Assembly (NCBI GenBank): GCA_020697055.1
Contig: JAJFBP010000018.1
Coordinates: 10,730-42,729, forward strand
Direction: 5' to 3'
From: Panacagrimonas sp.
GTDB taxonomy: Bacteria > Pseudomonadota > Gammaproteobacteria > Nevskiales > Nevskiaceae
Length of the DNA stretch: 32,000 bases
Shown: in pieces, positions 30,500 to 32,000 of the stretch
How the letters are laid out: each line of letters opens with the position of its first letter
How positions within the stretch are numbered: position 1 is the stretch's first letter
The notes under the pieces: model-generated
Seen by the model: only the letters and a program-made list of their open reading frames with translations
Database searches by the model: none
Told to the model about the DNA's origin: nothing
Program-made: the position numbers and the translations under genes

Positions 30500-31642
30500 A
30501 TGGAAAACTCCGAGCTCGAGCTGTTCAGGGACAACGTTCGCCGCTTCTTCGCCGAGAACGTCGAGCCGCACTATGAGCAGTGGGAGAAGGCCGGGCGCGT
30601 GCCGCCGGAGTTCTACCTGCAGATGGCCGAGCAGGGCCTGCTGTGCGTGGACCTGCCCGAGGAGTACGGGGGCATCGGCGCGCCGTTCGAGTTCTCGGTG
30701 GCGGTGCTCGAGGAATGCGCGCGCATGGGCTTCATGTCGCTGGCCTCGAACCTGTCGGTGCATTCCGACATCGCCACGCCGTACATCCTGCATCTGGGCA
30801 GCGAGGAGCAGAAGCAGAAATACCTTCCGCGCATGGCGCGCGGCGAATGCATTGGCGCCATCGGCATGACCGAGCCCGGTGCGGGCTCCGACCTGCAGGG
30901 CATCAAGACCTCCGCCATGCCCGATGGTGAGGACCACTACCTCATCAACGGCTCCAAGACCTTCATCACCAACGGCCAGAATTCCGGCGTGGTGGTGCTG
31001 GCGACGAAGACCGATCCCAAGCTTGGCGCGCGCGGCACCACGCTGTTCACCGTCGAGTCCTCGCTCGAGGGCTTCGCGCGCGGCCGCAACCTGGACAAGG
31101 TGGGCCAGTACGCGGCCGACACCTCCGAGATGTTCTTCGACAACGTGCGGGTGCACCGCAACGAGATCCTCGGCCGCGCCGGCGGCGGCTTCGGGCACCT
31201 GGTGGATGAGCTGCCGCGCGAGCGCCTGGTGCTCGGCGCGATGGCGGTGGCCCATGCGCAGGGCGCGATGGAAAAGACCATCGAGTACGTCACCCAGCGC
31301 AAGGCCTTCGGATCGCCGATCGCGTCGTTCCAGAACACGCGCTTCGAGCTGGCCAAGATCAAGACCGAGATCGAGGTGCACCGCGCGTTCGTCGAGAAGT
31401 GCGCGCACCTGTATTCGCAGAAGAAGCTCGACGTGGCGACCGCAGCGATGGTGAAGCTCGCGACCTCGGAGATGGAGGGACGCGTCACCGACGCCTGCCT
31501 GCAGCTGTTCGGCGGTTACGGCTACATGACCGAGTATCCGATCTCGCGCTACTGGGCCGACGCGCGCATCCAGCGCATCTACGGCGGAACCTCCGAGATC
31601 ATGAAGGAGGTCATCGGTCGCAGCCTCGTCGGCCGCGGCTGA
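30500..31642 (+). CDS. Acyl-CoA dehydrogenase
   Basis: 380 aa with ACAD signatures (..IGAIGMTEPGAGSDL.., ..QLFGGYGYMTEYPISRYWADARIQRIYGGTSEIMKEVI..). Confidence 0.93.
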   Translation: MENSELELFRDNVRRFFAENVEPHYEQWEKAGRVPPEFYLQMAEQGLLCVDLPEEYGGIGAPFEFSVAVLEECARMGFMSLASNLSVHSDIATPYILHLGSEEQKQKYLPRMARGECIGAIGMTEPGAGSDLQGIKTSAMPDGEDHYLINGSKTFITNGQNSGVVVLATKTDPKLGARGTTLFTVESSLEGFARGRNLDKVGQYAADTSEMFFDNVRVHRNEILGRAGGGFGHLVDELPRERLVLGAMAVAHAQGAMEKTIEYVTQRKAFGSPIASFQNTRFELAKIKTEIEVHRAFVEKCAHLYSQKKLDVATAAMVKLATSEMEGRVTDACLQLFGGYGYMTEYPISRYWADARIQRIYGGTSEIMKEVIGRSLVGRG

Positions 31643-31733
31643 TACGCTACCTGCGCATTGGGAGGCTGGCGTTCAGTTGAGGCTCAGTCGCCGAAGCCAG
31701 CCTATGGGCATCGTCGGTTTCTGGGAGTACCGC

Positions 31734-32000
31734 ATGCGTCGTTCGTCCGCCCTGGCCCTGTCGGCCGCTTTGACGTTCCTGATCTCCGCGGCCTCGTTCG
31801 CCCAGGATCCGGACACGATCGCGCCGGCTCCGGCCGAGCAGACCACGACGCCGGCGCCCGGTCCGCCGGAGAATCGGCCGATCCCGCAGGACGGCTACAC
31901 GGCGCAGGAAATCGTCAACGTCGCCGGAAACTTCTTCGGCGAGACCACCGAAGGCCTGGCCAAGGTCATCGAGCGCGTTTTCGCCGAGCAGGGCAAGCCG
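31734..32000 (+). CDS. Exported DUF1134-like protein, 5' part (continues beyond the window)
   Basis: The ATG follows GGGAG. The signal peptide is MRRSSALALSAALTFLISAASFA|Q. The segment ..YTAQEIVNVAGNFFGETTEGLAKVIERVFAEQGKP resembles the conserved DUF1134 N-terminal region as I recall it. The frame stays open to base 32000. Confidence 0.6.
   Translation, partial: MRRSSALALSAALTFLISAASFAQDPDTIAPAPAEQTTTPAPGPPENRPIPQDGYTAQEIVNVAGNFFGETTEGLAKVIERVFAEQGKP

Noticed and set aside
31663-31703. Inverted repeat AGGCTGGC ... GCCAGCCT after the acyl-CoA dehydrogenase, considered as a terminator
   Set aside because: The stem is 8 bp but the loop is 25 nt and there is no U-tract. The 3' arm also overlaps a possible alternative start (ATG 31704) of the next gene. 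It is not convincing.
1-32000. CRISPR arrays, tandem repeats, IS elements, rRNA
   Set aside because: Reading through the window, I saw no regularly spaced direct repeats, transposase-like ORFs or rRNA-like segments. This was a scan by eye and is not exhaustive.

Overview
Strongly GC-rich, densely packed proteobacterial chromosome. Gene content looks like Gammaproteobacteria, Xanthomonadales/Nevskiales-like, but that is inference only. About 35 genes are supported, and I saw no CRISPR array, IS element or integrase.

Left part: the 3' end of ppc, an HD-domain protein, tRNA-His and tRNA-Lys, a 59-aa DUF3606-like ORF missing from the ORF track, a PQQ quinohemoprotein dehydrogenase and a secreted Zn-metalloprotease.

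Centre, + strand (7.9-16.7 kb): a FabR/DesT-like repressor is divergent from a tight nine-gene array. The array holds desC/desB-like reductase and acyl-CoA desaturase genes, an esterase, and a complete copper membrane monooxygenase operon (xmoCAB) with all canonical Cu ligands conserved. These are followed by an exported protein in the PmoD position, CopC, and a CopD-cytochrome c-thioredoxin-like fusion. Nothing in the window marks a methanotroph or nitrifier.

Converging on that array, - strand (25.9-16.8 kb): nine genes joined by seven 4-nt start/stop overlaps. They encode a MoxR-like AAA+ ATPase, an unknown protein, a zincin-VWA protein, a radical SAM/SPASM-like enzyme, another unknown protein, a PaaK/F390-synthetase-like adenylating enzyme, PnuC, NadR and a small membrane protein. 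I cannot assign this combination to any described pathway, so it is the best candidate for an undescribed system.

Right part: metG, an rnfB-like ferredoxin, nth, an acyl-CoA dehydrogenase and a DUF1134-like 5' fragment.

Many long ORFs in the track are antisense or upstream-extended shadows typical of high-GC DNA and were rejected.
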